A stretch of DNA of 64,000 nucleotides from Owenia fusiformis (lineage: Eukaryota), in the NCBI GenBank assembly GCA_903813345.2, contig CAIIXF020000001.1, forward strand, positions 41,602,001 to 41,666,000, read 5' to 3'. Made by a program: the position numbers and the translations under genes. The notes beneath the pieces are model-generated. The model did no database searches. It had not been told where the DNA came from and worked only from the letters and a program-made list of their open reading frames with translations. Position 1 is the first letter of the stretch, and each line of letters opens with the position of its first letter. Below are positions 25,490 to 39,457 of this stretch, piece by piece.

Positions 25490-26960
25490 CGATTCAGACA
25501 GGGGATGTGTCCCTCTTGGTAGAATGAGTCTTACTCATGAGGAATGAGAAAATATTGTTCCCCTCTTGGTAAAACAAAACCTACTCATGAGGAATATGAC
25601 ATAGAATGTTCCCTTCATTGTAGAACAAAACCTACTCATGAGGAGGAGTATGACAGAGAATGTTCCCTTCTTTGTAAAACAAAACCTACTCATGAGGAGG
25701 AGTATGACAGAGAATGTTCCCTTTGTAAAACAAAACCTACTCATGAGGAGGAGTATGACAGAGAATGTTCCCTTCTTTGTAAAACAAAACCTACTCATGA
25801 GGAGGAGTATGACAGAGAATGTTCCCTTCTTGGTAAAACAAAACCTACTCATGAGGAGGAGTATGACAGAGAATGTTCCCTTCTTTGTAAAACAAAACCT
25901 ACTCATGAGGAGGAGTATGACAGAGAATGTTCCCTTCTTGGTAAAACAAAACCTACTCATGAGGAGGAGTATGACAGAGAATGTTCCCTTCTTTGTAAAA
26001 CAAAACCTACTCATGAGGAGGAGTATGACAGAGAATGTTCCCTTCTTGGTAAAACAAAACCTACTCATGAGGAGGAGTATGACAGAGAATGTTCCCTTCT
26101 TGGTAAAACAAGATCTACTCATGAGGAGGAGTATGACAGAGAATGTTCCCTTTGTAAAACAAAACCTACTCATGAGGAGGAGTATGACAGAGAATGTTCC
26201 CTTCTTGGTAAAACAAGATCTACTCATGAGGAGGAGTATGACAGAGAATGTTCCTTTTTTATTGTAAAAAAACAAAACCTTCCAATGAGGAGTATGACAG
26301 AGAATGTTCCCCTCTTGGTAAAACAAAACCTACTCATGAGGAGGAGTATGACAGAGAATGTTCCTTTTTTATTGTAAAAAAACAAAACCTTCCAATGAGG
26401 AGTATGACAGAGAATGTTCCCCTCTTGGTAAAACAAAACCTACTCATGAGGAGGAGTATGACAGAGAATGTTCCTTTCTTGGTAAAAAAAACCTTCTCAT
26501 GAGGAGTATGACAGAGAATGTTCCCTTCTTGGTAAAACAAAACCTACTCATGAGGAGGAGTATGACAGAGAATGTTCCCTTCTTTGTAAAACAAAACCTA
26601 CTCATGAGGAGGAGTATGACAGAGAATGTTCCCTTCTTGGTAAAACAAAACCTACTCATGAGGAGGAGTATGACAGAGAATGTTCCCTTCTTTGTAAAAC
26701 AAAACCTACTCATGAGGAGGAGTATGACAGAGAATGTTCCCTTCTTTGTAAAACAAAACCTACTCATGAGGAGGAGTATGACAGAGAATGTTCCCTTCTT
26801 TGTAAAACAAAACCTACTCATGAGGAGGAGTATGACAGAGAATGTTCCCTTCTTGGTAAAACAAAACCTACTCAACCTTCCTCATAAGAGACGTGGGTAT
26901 TCCCCTCTTTATTAAACAAGATTTACTCATGAGGAGGAGTCAGAAAGGGGATGTTCTCCT
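25490..26960. repeat. 54-bp minisatellite, about 25-27 copies (CATGAGGAGGAGTATGACAGAGAATGTTCCCTTCTTGGTAAAACAAAACCTACT)
   Basis: Near-identical core copies with degenerate edges; produces the repetitive ORFs in the track. Confidence 0.97.
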
Positions 26961-27432
26961 CTTAATATAAGGCCTATGTTTTCTGTTGTAATTCAATGTT
27001 TTTGGCCTTGGACTTTGATGCAAGTTCTCCTTTTTCACCATATCTCTCATATTAAGCTAATCATTGAAATGAATATATTGCATGTGCGGTATCACATGTG
27101 GCTTTGTGTGGTACATAATGTGAGATATCATCTTCACATATGTCAGACTAGATAGCAAATATTTTTGATAAACCCTTTCAATTCTTCACCCTTGCCTCAT
27201 TTGACCAAATGATAGTAGCGATTATTGACGTCATACCCCTAGGACGGCAGATTGGCCCAACTTATCAAAATGTATACAGTCCACTTGAAACAGGCCTGCA
27301 ATCATGCTTGTCTTAGGGTCCGTCCATTAGATCTATTAGTTCAGAAACATTGTTCTGAGTTTGAATAATGAAGCAATAATTACATGTTGTTTAGGTTTTG
27401 GTTAGACATTAAACTCTATGTTGATATGTGAT

Positions 27433-27552
27433 TGGTTGAATGGGGTTCTAGGTCCAGTTGTTTCAAAATAGTTCTCTCAAAAGCTTTAGGTAAAGAGGGG
27501 CTCTGATAAATCAGAATGGTTGAATGGGGTTCTAGGTCCAGTTGTTTCAAAA
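27433..27552. repeat. Perfect 36-bp direct repeat (TGGTTGAATGGGGTTCTAGGTCCAGTTGTTTCAAAA) separated by 48 bp
   Basis: Copies at 27433-27468 and 27517-27552. Confidence 0.85.
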
Positions 27553-28186
27553 AATGTTGTGAGAGTTTATCAAAAGACTTCATTCAAATTCTGTTTGCCA
27601 ACTGCGACAGTAAATTTAAAACTTCCGAAGCAAAACTTTGTGCATTTTGTTCATGGTACACCCCTCATTGAGAATTTGGTGCATTCATTGGGTTTGTTTG
27701 GTGCAAATTACATAAAAAGACTTATGTAAGGAGATTGTGTTGATGAAAGCTTGACATATATCTCAACCAACCCTTGGGAAAACATCCATTGTTGTCGTAC
27801 ACTTTCTACACTTTTCTCCAAAAACTCTGAATGAACTTTCTGATTTTTTGGAAATTATGTATAATTTGGAGTGTTAACTTCCAGACTTTATGCCCATTTA
27901 GTTCTTTTACAGTTTCAATTTCCAAAATATTTGACATTTTGAAATGGGGCGATTTTGAGATTTCTGTTGGAGTCAGATATCTCCATATTTGTTCTGACTG
28001 ACACTGCCCATTGATTTTCCCACAGAATCAAACCAATATTAGCACTGGGGCCCAGGTCACGTGTTCGGCCAGCCTGGGACTTTCTAATCAAGATAACATT
28101 TATCCAAATCACAATAACTAATTGAATTAATAGAATGAGGGATCATGTCCAAATATCAGCTGTTGTGGAAAAACAAAAAAAGATAA

Positions 28187-28316
28187 TTATTTCACCACCA
28201 CAAGTGGTTACATAATGTTGTAGTCTTCAACTTTTTTAGGAATGATTTTCGACAGGTGGTGTTTGGCATCTGTAAGAAATGGCAGGTTGTGACATTTTGC
28301 ATGATCATGCCTTGTT
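28187..28316 (+). mobile_element. Short HINE family B copy (degenerate)
   Basis: TCACCACC start and GTGACATTTTGCATGATCATGCCTTGTT end shared with other family B copies. Confidence 0.6.
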
Positions 28317-31300
28317 TTATTATAGTTTTCACCCTCCCTCCATAGAATTTGGAGCCAAAAATCATTATTTTACACTAACAGTCATCATTAACTCCCCTGT
28401 TAATATTTTGACAGCTTCCCTGAGCCTCTATTCAACTGATAAAAACAGTTTATTTTTGCTAGGCCTATAGGGGTAATACTTAAAGTGAATTAAATTATCT
28501 GAAATGAAATAGCAAAATACCTCCTTTAATTTGCTTTGGTACTTTAGAAATACACTTAAAGATTCAAATAATTAAGAAGTAGATCATTGTTACAAATGCA
28601 TCAATTTTGAGATTATGCAATGTTATGTCTCTCTACTGTGTACTTTTGTGCAGTCGATTGCATTTGGACAACAATTGTGTTGTACTGATAATAACAACAT
28701 AATAATACTCTGCAGTAGTACATTTGATATTTGCTGTTGACATTCTTGGGATCACTTCACAGAATACCTTGCCCTTTATCTCAAACATTGACTTGAGAAC
28801 TATTAACAGATAAAGGTAATGTACTCCTTTAACCTTTTATACTACATGTATGTAGAATATTTGATTATGTTTTTGTTTACGCCATTCTCGTTATTTTTGA
28901 TTGAACAGGTTTATGTTTTTTGAGTATTTTTAATCATGTTGTTTTTTAGGACCACAATAAAGCCAGCGTTACGCATATTCTAGCATGTCCGCAATGAGTA
29001 AAGGTTGATGAACCCCTTGCCAATGTTGGTGTTTGGTGTTTGTACCCTTTTTCTTCTACCAGGAATGCATCACACCATTGAATATGTCTTGGTTTTGATG
29101 TCATTCATTATTTTTATCTGATGCTACAATTTTCAACTTTCAGTGGCACACTTTTGCTATAATTTTCTTTTATTTGATATTAAAGCAAAATCAATTTTGC
29201 TCACCCCCAGGGAAAGCTCTTGATGCAAATAGCATTTGTAAACAATGAATCGAACTCTTAAGGTTTATGTCAGTCTATGTCATATATTTAACTGACAATA
29301 GAGTCAAGAGTTGCGTGAGATAAGTCATGTTAGAGTACACTATATCATGTAAGGTGTCGACTTCTTGCATGTACATGTATCCGGTATTGTTGCCAACTTA
29401 TTGCCCCCCTTATCATTTGATTATATTATCAAATCCGTATTTCCAAAAATACACCCAGGGTTGTTTTATTAATTTTTTTGTCGGAATGTTATGATTGGGA
29501 AATCCAGGGTCTCATTAAAACAAGAATAGCGATAGAACTACGCATGTGGCTCATTAATGACTAATTATTATCCTTTTGTTATTGAAATCTAGGGTGTCAA
29601 TCTGAGGGTTGAATTGTTATACTTTTAAAAGATTTATAAATCCAATTCTTTTATGAAGTATATTTTTGTGATATCGAGGCCCTATCACTTTTAAATCATT
29701 CATTAATATTCATATACAGACCTCCCCAGGACATGCAGGAGATGATTGAGGATCAATGTGAATTAAACACCAACCAATAAAGCAAAATAATTGTTATATA
29801 TGATTTGGTGAATTAAAATTTGATGTCTTGTCACAATCGCACTTATATCTTTTATTAGAATATGAACTGGCATTCAATGGGGATCAGACCATAAGCCATG
29901 CCACGGACCCTCAAATATTTGGACAAAAACTGGTCATTGCTAATCCCAAAATTGATTTCTCGGTTTAGAAAAGCCTAGTTTGATAAATTCGAAAGGAATA
30001 GTTCCTAGTGTTTTTCCTATGCTACACTCAGATGTTCACTCTTTGCAACACCTTCCCTGTACTATGAATTCCCAGGTCTGCCTCTTTCAAATGTATTTGC
30101 CATTTGCATTATTGGATATTGAAATATTTGTACTTTGTGTGTGTGAATTTGTTTGAATTATCAACCAAAGATGTCACTCTTGTTGCTTGTTCAAACATGG
30201 TGCCTGGATTCTCCACATTTCAAACTGATAGTGATAGCCACTTCAATCCAAGGCAAACCAAATTGAGAATATCAGCATTTCATTCATTACATCTAATAAA
30301 ACTAAATATTGAAAACATTATGTAGAGAGATTATCTCTAAAAGTCCATTATTTTTTATTGTCTTTTAAGTCTTTATTGTATTCCCAGGATTGTATGGAAC
30401 ACAATGAATTCAACCGTGTTTGGTATTGTGGGATTCTAAATGATGTTGCTTTTACTGACATCTATATGCAGAAACTATACATTAATGCACAAAGCAGACT
30501 CGTTAATCTCATTTGATTAATACCAGTCTTCCATCTTTTATGTAAACTGTTTCAATATAATCCACTGGGAGAACATAAAGATATTTGGAAGTTTACACCA
30601 TACACCTCAGGATAGCTCTATATGTCTACTTTTAAACCAAAAGGTAATAGAGAAATGAAATAAAAATTATTACCAGATAATTGTTTTGTCATATGTTTTA
30701 TTTCATTTGATAAAATAAGCAAAGTAAAATAAGCACTTTCATTGATGATGTCCCTGATAAAAGTTAAAATTCAGATTTTACTTTTCAGCAGCGCCCTCCG
30801 TGGAGTAACCCCTGTGGTCAGATTATGTTGGAATGGTTGAAGTGAGTGATGCAGAAGGTTGGGAAGGTAACCTTGTGACTGTGGTTGATGGACTTGATAT
30901 TAAAGTCTATACAACTATTACTTAAATTGCTGACCAAAACATGAGAAATGGTTGAACTGAAAGCTAATTGATTGCAACTTATTGCAAACCATGGTGAATA
31001 GAATTTTTATATATTCATTTATTAATGAAACTTTATTTGATGGCCAAATGATTTAAATGATGGCCAAATAATGATTTGAAAATTTCAAGATTAACTTTGT
31101 GATCTATTTGTGTTCTTTAGTGCCCCAATATAAAGTTTAAACCACTTAGAACTGTATTTTGGTAGACTGTTAATCTAGTCTAGTAAATCTTGTAAATTTG
31201 CACTGTATGGTGGATTATTTGGTGATTAAAAGATTTCAACTTTTATTTGAAAATATGGCGATAAACTTGAATATTTGAGAAATGAAAAGCTGACAACTTT

Positions 31301-31400
31301 TTTCCCCAATTTTCTTGTTCAAAAATCTCTAAAATAACTTTTAAAGTCATGACAAATAGTAACTGAATGATCAAAACATAACATGGTGATTTTAACAGGA

Positions 31401-31740
31401 ATGGTTCAGGTGGTGTGCCTTGGCTGGTGTGTTTCAAGTGAGATGCTTGAAGAGGTCTGCTTCAAATGGAGTGCTTCAACAGGTGTGCTTCAAATGGAGT
31501 GCTTCAACAGGTGTGCTTCAAGTGGTCGCTTCAATTGATGTGCTTCATCTGGTATGCTTCAAGTGCTTTCATCACATGGTTTGCTTCAACTTTTGTGCTT
31601 CAAGCGGGATGCTTCACTGGTGATCTTTAACAGTTGTGATTAAAGTTTATGCTTCAATTGATGTGATTCAACTGGTGTGCTTCAAGTGGGATGCTGGAAC
31701 TGGTGTGCTTCAAGGGGTTTGCTTCATCTTGTCTACTTTA
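31401..31740. repeat. Degenerate about 15-bp minisatellite (GTGTGCTTCAA core)
   Basis: Many tandem GTGCTTCA units. Confidence 0.8.
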
Positions 31741-31750
31741 ACTTGTATTG

Positions 31751-31905
31751 TTATGTCACCACCAAAAATTTAAGATGATTTCTTACAACTTCCAATAACT
31801 TAACAAATACTGTTTAGACTGACTTCAATTTTTTTCAAAATCAGTGACATGTTTTCAGAAGTTCAAATATGACTTTATATTTAAGAGTTGACCTTAGATG
31901 ACCTT
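31751..31905 (+). mobile_element. HINE family B, partial copy
   Basis: TTATGTCACCACCAAAA start plus AATAACTTAACAAATACTGTTTAGACTGACTT shared with 41902-42221. Confidence 0.65.
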
Positions 31906-34900
31906 TTCATCTGATGTGCTGAATTTTTTCGGTTGGAATATTTTAGGTCAATTAATAATGCAAGATAGGATAGGATTGTGAGTGGGTTTTATCCCGGGGA
32001 ATATGATATCACATTGAGACACACTGAACAAACAAGTAGAAAAGACGAAGTCCTTGTTGTGTCCTATCTTTTATTGTGGCATCAACCATGAGACTAATTA
32101 GTCTCCATGTGTCAGTTGTAATTTATGAGCCTTGACTTGCATTGAATAAAAACATCCATGTATAATAGAGATCTTTAGAAAACAATGAAGTTATCAATGG
32201 CAGATTCAATCACTCATTACTAATGTCTTTTAGCGTGTGTGTCAGGAAAAAATGAAATGATAAAATTCAAATCATGTTCCATCCTTTGTGATACAAATAT
32301 ATTATACCTTGATTTATAGTCATTAATTCCAATAAAACATGTTGATTTTAATATGGGAAAGTTTACTCGAGAATAACAGTAGTTCATTTTATACATGACT
32401 TGAATGATAACTAAATATGATAATGGAAATCATTTGTTATTTTTCTTTCTGTATAATGTAACTTTTTAATTCCCTTTCAGTGAATACTGGTGACGCAAGG
32501 CAGTAGGCATCAAGCAAGTCAAATATCAATGGATGACGGAAGATGCAATACCAGTATAAATACAAACAGAACACCTATCCCATACGTTCACAAGAAGTAA
32601 CATAGGATAATGGCAAACATCAAATGGTGAGATTTATTCAAAAATTGTTATCTTTTAAGTTGATTCGGCGTAAGCATATCAGGAGCAGGTATTCAGATCA
32701 GGTCTTCAAGGTAGGTGTTTTGGGCAGGGACATTTTTATGTCACCAATAATAAGTGGCGATATATTCTTAAAGCCAACAGATTTTATGATCAGTGTTTCG
32801 TGTTTACAACCAAGTGGCTGTATTTTCTGTAATTTTGATGCCTCGTTTCTTTCTATATTTCTACATTTTTGACAATATCCCAAATTGCTGTCTTTCAATA
32901 AATTGAATGGAAGTACATGTATGATGAAATTGTTTCGTGATATCCTAATGGAAGATTCTCAATTTTCATATCAAATTTCAGGATATACTAAATGCTGTAA
33001 AGATGTACCTTACTGTCCATAGAAATATATTTCAATCAGTTCACTAGAAAAAATAGAACTGCATTTTTCTTATGCAAATGAGTGTCTATTTTTAAGTGTG
33101 GTTATCAAGTGCAACAGCTACTGTGATAATAACTCCACTATAGAGGTTGTACCCTTCAATGAAACACTTTAATTGCTATTTCATTTCATTCTTTTCTCCA
33201 CTTTTTGTATCTACTGTATGTGTTGTTTGGATGGTTCTCCAATGTTGGATATATATGCGTTAAATGAAAATTACTTGCGTTTACACCTTTACGCACTACA
33301 TCAATAGACGTGTATATAATCTGGGTCGAATTTTTCTTTGATTGGTTTGGCCAAGTTGACAAGGGTTTCTGTTCTTTTTACTCGAAAATTGCAACATTAA
33401 AAAAATCGTTAATTCTAAAACAAGGGAAGAAAGTAGATTTGACAATTAGGGTTAGGTAATATAGGGACTGTTAAACACTAAATAGATATTTAATTTGTGT
33501 CAGCCTTAGTGTAGGGGAGTCTAGTGGATGTTCCCTCCATGGGTGCCCAGTCAGTTCATTGGGCCAAAACATAATTCAGAATCAATGGCTCACCTGTTGC
33601 ATATATCACATGTATTACTCATCTTAATGTAGTTACCTGATTGCATTTTAGGATACTGGATATAGCAAAGACAATTGGGAAAGAAATTGGTAGTGATTTT
33701 TATCTGGATTCATCGGACTGTATTGTGCATGTGCTGTATCCCGTTTACTGCTGGTAGGGAACAGTGAAGAAGGGGGTGTAGCTTAGCACAGTGAAGCAGA
33801 AATGTTGGACTTCATTACAGCAGTATATCCAATGCAGGTAAGTCTATTCTAATTGTTTCATTTTTTTTAAATGTACTTTTCAAACTCCACAAAACAAATG
33901 TTGTATGTGTGTGTATGGGTGTGGAGGGAGACTTTTAATGATATATTAAATGTCTTGCATAATAAATAATAATCGCAAAGGAAATATGAAACTGCAGTGA
34001 AAGTAGCTATTATAATATATTTTTCATCCACATAGGTCCAAAGTTTTACTTCAAATACGTAATTATCATTCTTATTTGAACCTTTGTAAGAAATTACAGT
34101 GAAATAGATTGGCCAAATATAATATTGAATTTAAACATTTTTATTTATGAGCATATATCATGTAAAATTATAATAAAAAATGTTTGGAATTCTGACATTA
34201 TTCCAAGCATCCAGATGAAAGTGGCCACCGCATTATAATTACAATTTTTATATTCACCACCAGTATAATAGAATGAAACAAAAGATAAATCATATCTGTT
34301 GGTGCTAAGGTTCACTGGCGTGAACTTTTATTTAAAGCTTCAAAATTAATTTTACATAAAATAGATGGCATGACGGCCACAGTGAACTTTTATTTAAAGC
34401 TTCAAAATTTTATTTTACATATTTATGATAGATATTTATATCATATCATATATGGTGCTCTAACCAACTACACCAATCACAGTTCACTTATTAAGGTAGG
34501 TAATTTAGGCAATTGATGTGTAAAATGTTGATGCAACTAGCCAGACAATTCGTTCTACTTTGCCTTCCTTAATCTACAGTACAGTATAACTCCAATCTAT
34601 TATCAATTATTTTGTGAGTTTCTTTTCAAAAAGGATGTAAAAATATAAATTGTGCTCACAAATGTTCATATATTAAGCTAGGCAATATAAGGGGTGGAAA
34701 ATTAGACCCCACTGACTAACTTATTTGAAGTATATTATAATATAATGAAAGACTTTATCCTAAAGTTAATGGGGATCATAACTGGGCAATAACATTAAAC
34801 TTTCAATAAGTTTCTTCATGATTTGAACGGATTCACCCTAGGGTAAAAATCTGATGTAATTTAATTCAATCGAAAATCATAATTCTCATTCAGGTATTAC

Positions 34901-35289
34901 ATTCATTGAAATTAATGGCTCAAATCTGAGAGATGAATTCTTAGTGGCCTGGGAAAATGGAACAATTGAAATATAAAATGATATAAAAGTTACCCTTATA
35001 CAGCTAGCCTCATTGCCCTCTGACTATTAAAGATTATAATCTGTTGAGGCTGATAAATGATCTTAAATGGATCTTTCTTGGTTATTTACATGATTTATAA
35101 ACAACGCTGTTACTAAGTGGCAGAACGATTTTTAATTCTGATTAGATATGGCCAGATTTGAGAATTATCTCAATCTTAATCGTCTGTAACTGGCAACCCA
35201 GTCTACTTTCCATATTGTTAAGACCATGCTGACGGATGGGGGATGGGGGTGGGGAGTGCGAGGCTGGAGATACATAATTTACACAACAC

Positions 35290-35408
35290 TGCTTTTCATG
35301 CTCATCTTCTCTGTGCGAATAATATGCCCATTAGGGTGTCATCCGCCTTATCTGTATGTTTCACCAGATGTTTGAAAATAAATAAATGAAATGAATGAAT
35401 GAATGAAT
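35290..35408 (+). mobile_element. Probable 3' tail of a non-LTR retroelement (LINE/SINE)
   Basis: Ends in AATAAATAAA followed by an (AATG)n microsatellite tail. Confidence 0.4.
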
Positions 35409-37329
35409 TAAGAGTGGAGATGAATTCTAGCTCTTGTCAAGGGCTGGAGCAATAAGTTTACAGTGTATAGTTCCCACCAAAATTATTTACAACATGGAAA
35501 GGCAAACAACACAATGGTTTTAATTGAATATTTAATTGACTTAAAGCTGTGCTTTTAATGGCAATTTATTTGGTTTAAATTATTAAAATGATTTCAGTAA
35601 TCATGTCCCTACTTTTGACTTCCGACCCCCCAGAAGATCCCATTGAACAATATTGATACTTTTAAATCAAGATAACGCTAAAAATAATTTGCTGAATTGA
35701 GGAGGCCTTCAATAGTAGTAGTCAATATGTGTTTTAATTATTGAATATTTAGTTATCAATAGAGTGGGTACCCCTACTGAGGGCGCACTGTGGCATTATT
35801 AGAAAATGAAAATAATTGGAAAAAAATAAAATAACAATTTTTGTCAGGTGAAGTGCTTTCTTTTAGGTAGCGATCTGAGGCACTTCGATCAGGGTGTTGT
35901 CGGGACAATTTTTCTTGTGACTTAGGTTATGTATTTAGGTCTATCTCAACAGATTTTACTGGTCTTATGCGCCGCAAATGGTGCGAAAGATGTTAAAATT
36001 GCATTTTCGACCCTAAAATTCAGATTTCTTGGGGGTACATTATTATTTAGCTATAAAACAAAAACTAAACAACCAATGCTTCTTTCTTTTGGTGTTTCTG
36101 TTAAGAGTAATCATACTTAAAATGCATATGTAAAAAAATTGAAGAATTTTAACTTTATTTAAAAACAGCAACATTTTTTCACCCTAAAATCATAGAATTT
36201 AGGGGGGTTGAGAGACATTGATTGGAATTGATTTTTTAATTTCTCAATCAATCTCAGTTTAATATTAATGGAACTTTCCTAAAAGTAGCACCAACATGTC
36301 CCCAACACATTACCATAAAGAAAAAACTCATACTCTAACATGTTTTTTGCCTATATGGGTCAATTTACCTCTCCCCTCTTTCCCTTATAAAAGGGGTGTG
36401 GCCATTAATACATGTGGATTTAAACAGTAGCATGATGTCACATTAAATGAATACATGTACATATCATGTATTCTATCAAATATATTACCATAAAATATTT
36501 TCACTTAGGTGTATACATATAGTACATACCTGTGAATTATTTATAATACAATATTTTTTCTATGTAGGCTCGAGATATAAGAATATTAAAAATCTGAAGT
36601 TGAATATTATCTAATACACAGTTCACGACTCAGTCATAATATTAATTTTACTCATTGTATGAATTTCTGTCATCACAAATGTAGTTTTTATTCACCAGAA
36701 TATATTTGATCCATAAAGCTTCGTATTTCATAAACTTCCTCTTCATTTTGATCTTCTAAAGTATCATCTAATACGATAACATCTACCAGGTCCTGGGGTA
36801 GAATTTTATCTGGATTTGACACCCATTGAAATCCAAATGGCCATCTTTCATCCTCTATCCATGTGACACAGGGGAGGGAATTGATGGGGAGGGGATGTTG
36901 GCAAGTTTCCATATGTGTGCTTGATAACTGGCCCTTGCCAGATGCTGCTGTAATGAATCTTTACATGGGGGTAGGAGGCTTATTGTTAGTGCCTTCATAG
37001 CTTGTTATCACACTTGGAGCAGATTTTGGTTGAAATTTGTTCTTGAATAAGGTATATCTCAGCTCATTTATATTTGAACACTTTTTGTTTCCATACATCT
37101 GGCAAGTAAACTTCTCAGCACATTTAGCAGTTTGATCACTAATGACCCCTCCAATGGTGCCGAAACCTTTTTGAAATTCTCATAAGTAATTTTAGGGGGG
37201 GGGGACACTTTCTCCCTTCTCACAAAGGCACTGAAGGAATCACATCCAGTGAATGAATGGAAGGCTGGTAAAGCATTACAAATTTACAAATGTCTGAACT
37301 GAGCGCATTTCCTACTTCCTTTACATTAA

Positions 37330-38246
37330 AGGGGCAACAAGGGACTGTAGAGAGAAAATTCAATTTTTTCCTCAGCTATCAGGTCAATATTTGGCTTAAA
37401 GGAACATTCCTTGCCAGACTATTTCTCTCCTGATATGGTAGCTACAATCATATATATACTTTACATATTTAGCAAAACACAGGAAAATGTTTTCATATGG
37501 TCAATTTTGATCATTTAAAAATGTAGTACTCATTCCCAGTAAGCTGCCATCTTTTAAGATTTCTTTCAGGAAGTGATGTCATCGACTCTCACCTGTTTCT
37601 ATCACAGTATAGGAAAGAAGTACAAAATCTCTTCAAGACAAGAAGGCCTTATCTTCTGTGTAAAAATATTTTCAGGAGTTGTCAACTTAGAACTAAAGAA
37701 GAGATCATCAAAGGGATTTAAATCATAGACCAAATTGAAAAATATATACAGCTGGTTTGGTAATTCTAATAGCTCCTTACCTAATGTAATATGCAAAGTT
37801 GAGAGTCGATGACATCACTTCCTGAGTGAAATTTTTAAAGATGGCAGCCTACTGGAATTGAGCACTGCATTTTTAAGTGATCAATATTGACCATTTCAAA
37901 ACTTTTTTCCTTGTTTTGCTAAACTTGCAAAGTATGTATATGGTTATAGCTACCATATTAAGAGAGAGATGGTCTGGCAAGGAATACCCCTTTAACATCT
38001 TCTTTGACATATCTATTTTCTTAAAATGTATGGATAAACTCTCAATTTAGAAGTGTAAATTCAGTTCAAAGCTTCTATAAAGGGAGTCCCACTTATAGAT
38101 TTTTAGGATTCACCACGTTTCAAGAGGAATATCAGCTGAAATAATGTTCATCAAGGGGGTTTCTTTGTAGATATATCCAAACTTAAATATATTTTGACAC
38201 TGGTCAATGATCGTTGAATTACCCCCCTGCACTAATTGTTGCACCT
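37330..38246. mobile_element. Kolobok-like MITE (outer) inserted in the Academ ORF
   Basis: TTAA TSD (37326-37329 / 38247-38250), TIR AGGGGCAACAA / TTGTTGCACCT; removal restores ...LINVKEVGNAL... in the Academ frame. Confidence 0.8.
37400..37991. mobile_element. Kolobok-like MITE (inner) with about 190-bp imperfect TIRs
   Basis: TTAA TSD (37396-37399 / 37992-37995); AGGAACATTCCTTGCCAGAC ... GTCTGGCAAGGAATACCCCT; arms 37400-37590 and 37801-37991. Confidence 0.85.
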
Positions 38247-39457
38247 TTAATAAGTCATATATGGTCTGCACTACCAGTGTCAAAAATTAATGGAGTTTGA
38301 ATAAGATTGGAAAGTGCACAAGAAGTACAAAAACATCGCTATCTGGGGATCTCACAACTATAGTTTTTTCTGTATTTTCAGGTTCATTTCATGTTAATTG
38401 CATGGAGTATAATTTTTGTATCTGCCTCTTTGTGGGAAGATTTCAGGCTTGATTCAACTCTATGTGTAACAGTAGTTCTATCACTGGTTACCACTGTACA
38501 GATCTCACCACATGAATCTGTCTTTCTTTGAGTTTAGGAGCATTTTTATCTTTTTCCATTCTTCAAGGGTCAACTGACTCAGCTGCATTTCATTCTCATC
38601 ATTTAAAAGGAATTCCTTCCAATTGTTAGGAATTCTGGTATTAGGTCCTTTTATTATTAGCTTTTTGGAGACACGCCTGCGTATTCTTTCTGGTTCTTTA
38701 ATTGAATCTTTCTTATAGGAAGCATCTGAAGGATCCTCTCTGCCAATAATCCAAATGTTTTGGGTCGCTCAGGAAGTATATGGAACAATGCATTGCCATC
38801 ATAGACTATAATTGTTTTTTCTGGTTTGGGTCCATGTAATATTATATGTTTCCAGCTCATGTAATAATTTTGACTTTTCTGTTTTAACCAAGAGCCCATC
38901 AGGTGTTCCAAGAGCCCAGGGTATTGGACTCAGGGGATATTCCAATATTCGCTTTAGACTGATACTATGCTGCTCTGATAACATGACTAACTGGCCAAAT
39001 GTATTGCGCTCAGCTCTAATCTCAATCAGTTTGTTTCCAGAGCTTTTCACCTTTTTGACTCCAGCATTGAATTCAGATGTTTTCAGTTTCATTCTTTTAT
39101 GGGGTCATGAAAACCTTTTCCCTTCTGCACAAATTGGTCTTGAATAAATTGCTTAAAGGCTTGTGTGCCCTTGGATTCTGCATTTAAGAGATCATCTGCT
39201 AAATTAGAGGGTGTTGGCATTCCAGATGATATGCAGTATAAATGATCATTGTCCTCAATTTGGAATGGATTGAGAAAGCCATCAAATCAATCAAATTAGT
39301 TAATAATAGAACATCAGACAGTAATAAGCCTTGAATAGCTTACTATTCTCCCTTATTGTTTTGCTACATGTTCCCTGCAAATAATAGATAGCAATTTATA
39401 ATTGCAATTAGATAATCAGTTTATTAATTAAAGTTAAATATAAAGGTGTTTTGTATA

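Larger units (their letters stand above)
36688..39290 (-). pseudogene. Disrupted C-terminal (XPG/FEN1-like) part of the Academ protein
   Basis: Motifs in shifted frames: LEYPLSPIPWALGTPDG..KTEKSKLL, IVYDGNAL, SSHKEADTKIILHA, VVRSPDSDVFVLL, LPAFHSFTGCDSFSAF, LLPPCKDSLQQHLARASYQAHIW; stops, frameshifts and a Kolobok insertion interrupt it. Confidence 0.85.

Noticed and set aside
25535..26915. Long ORFs of 143-277 aa on both strands
   Set aside because: Products of the stop-poor 54-bp minisatellite; overlapping open frames on both strands and no gene context
27433..27552. CRISPR-like repeat-spacer-repeat geometry (36 bp / 48 bp)
   Set aside because: Only two repeats, no cas genes, eukaryotic context
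34453..34476. tRNA A-box-like TGGTGTAGTTGGTTAGAGCACC on the minus strand
   Set aside because: No B-box or cloverleaf follows; at most a SINE head fragment
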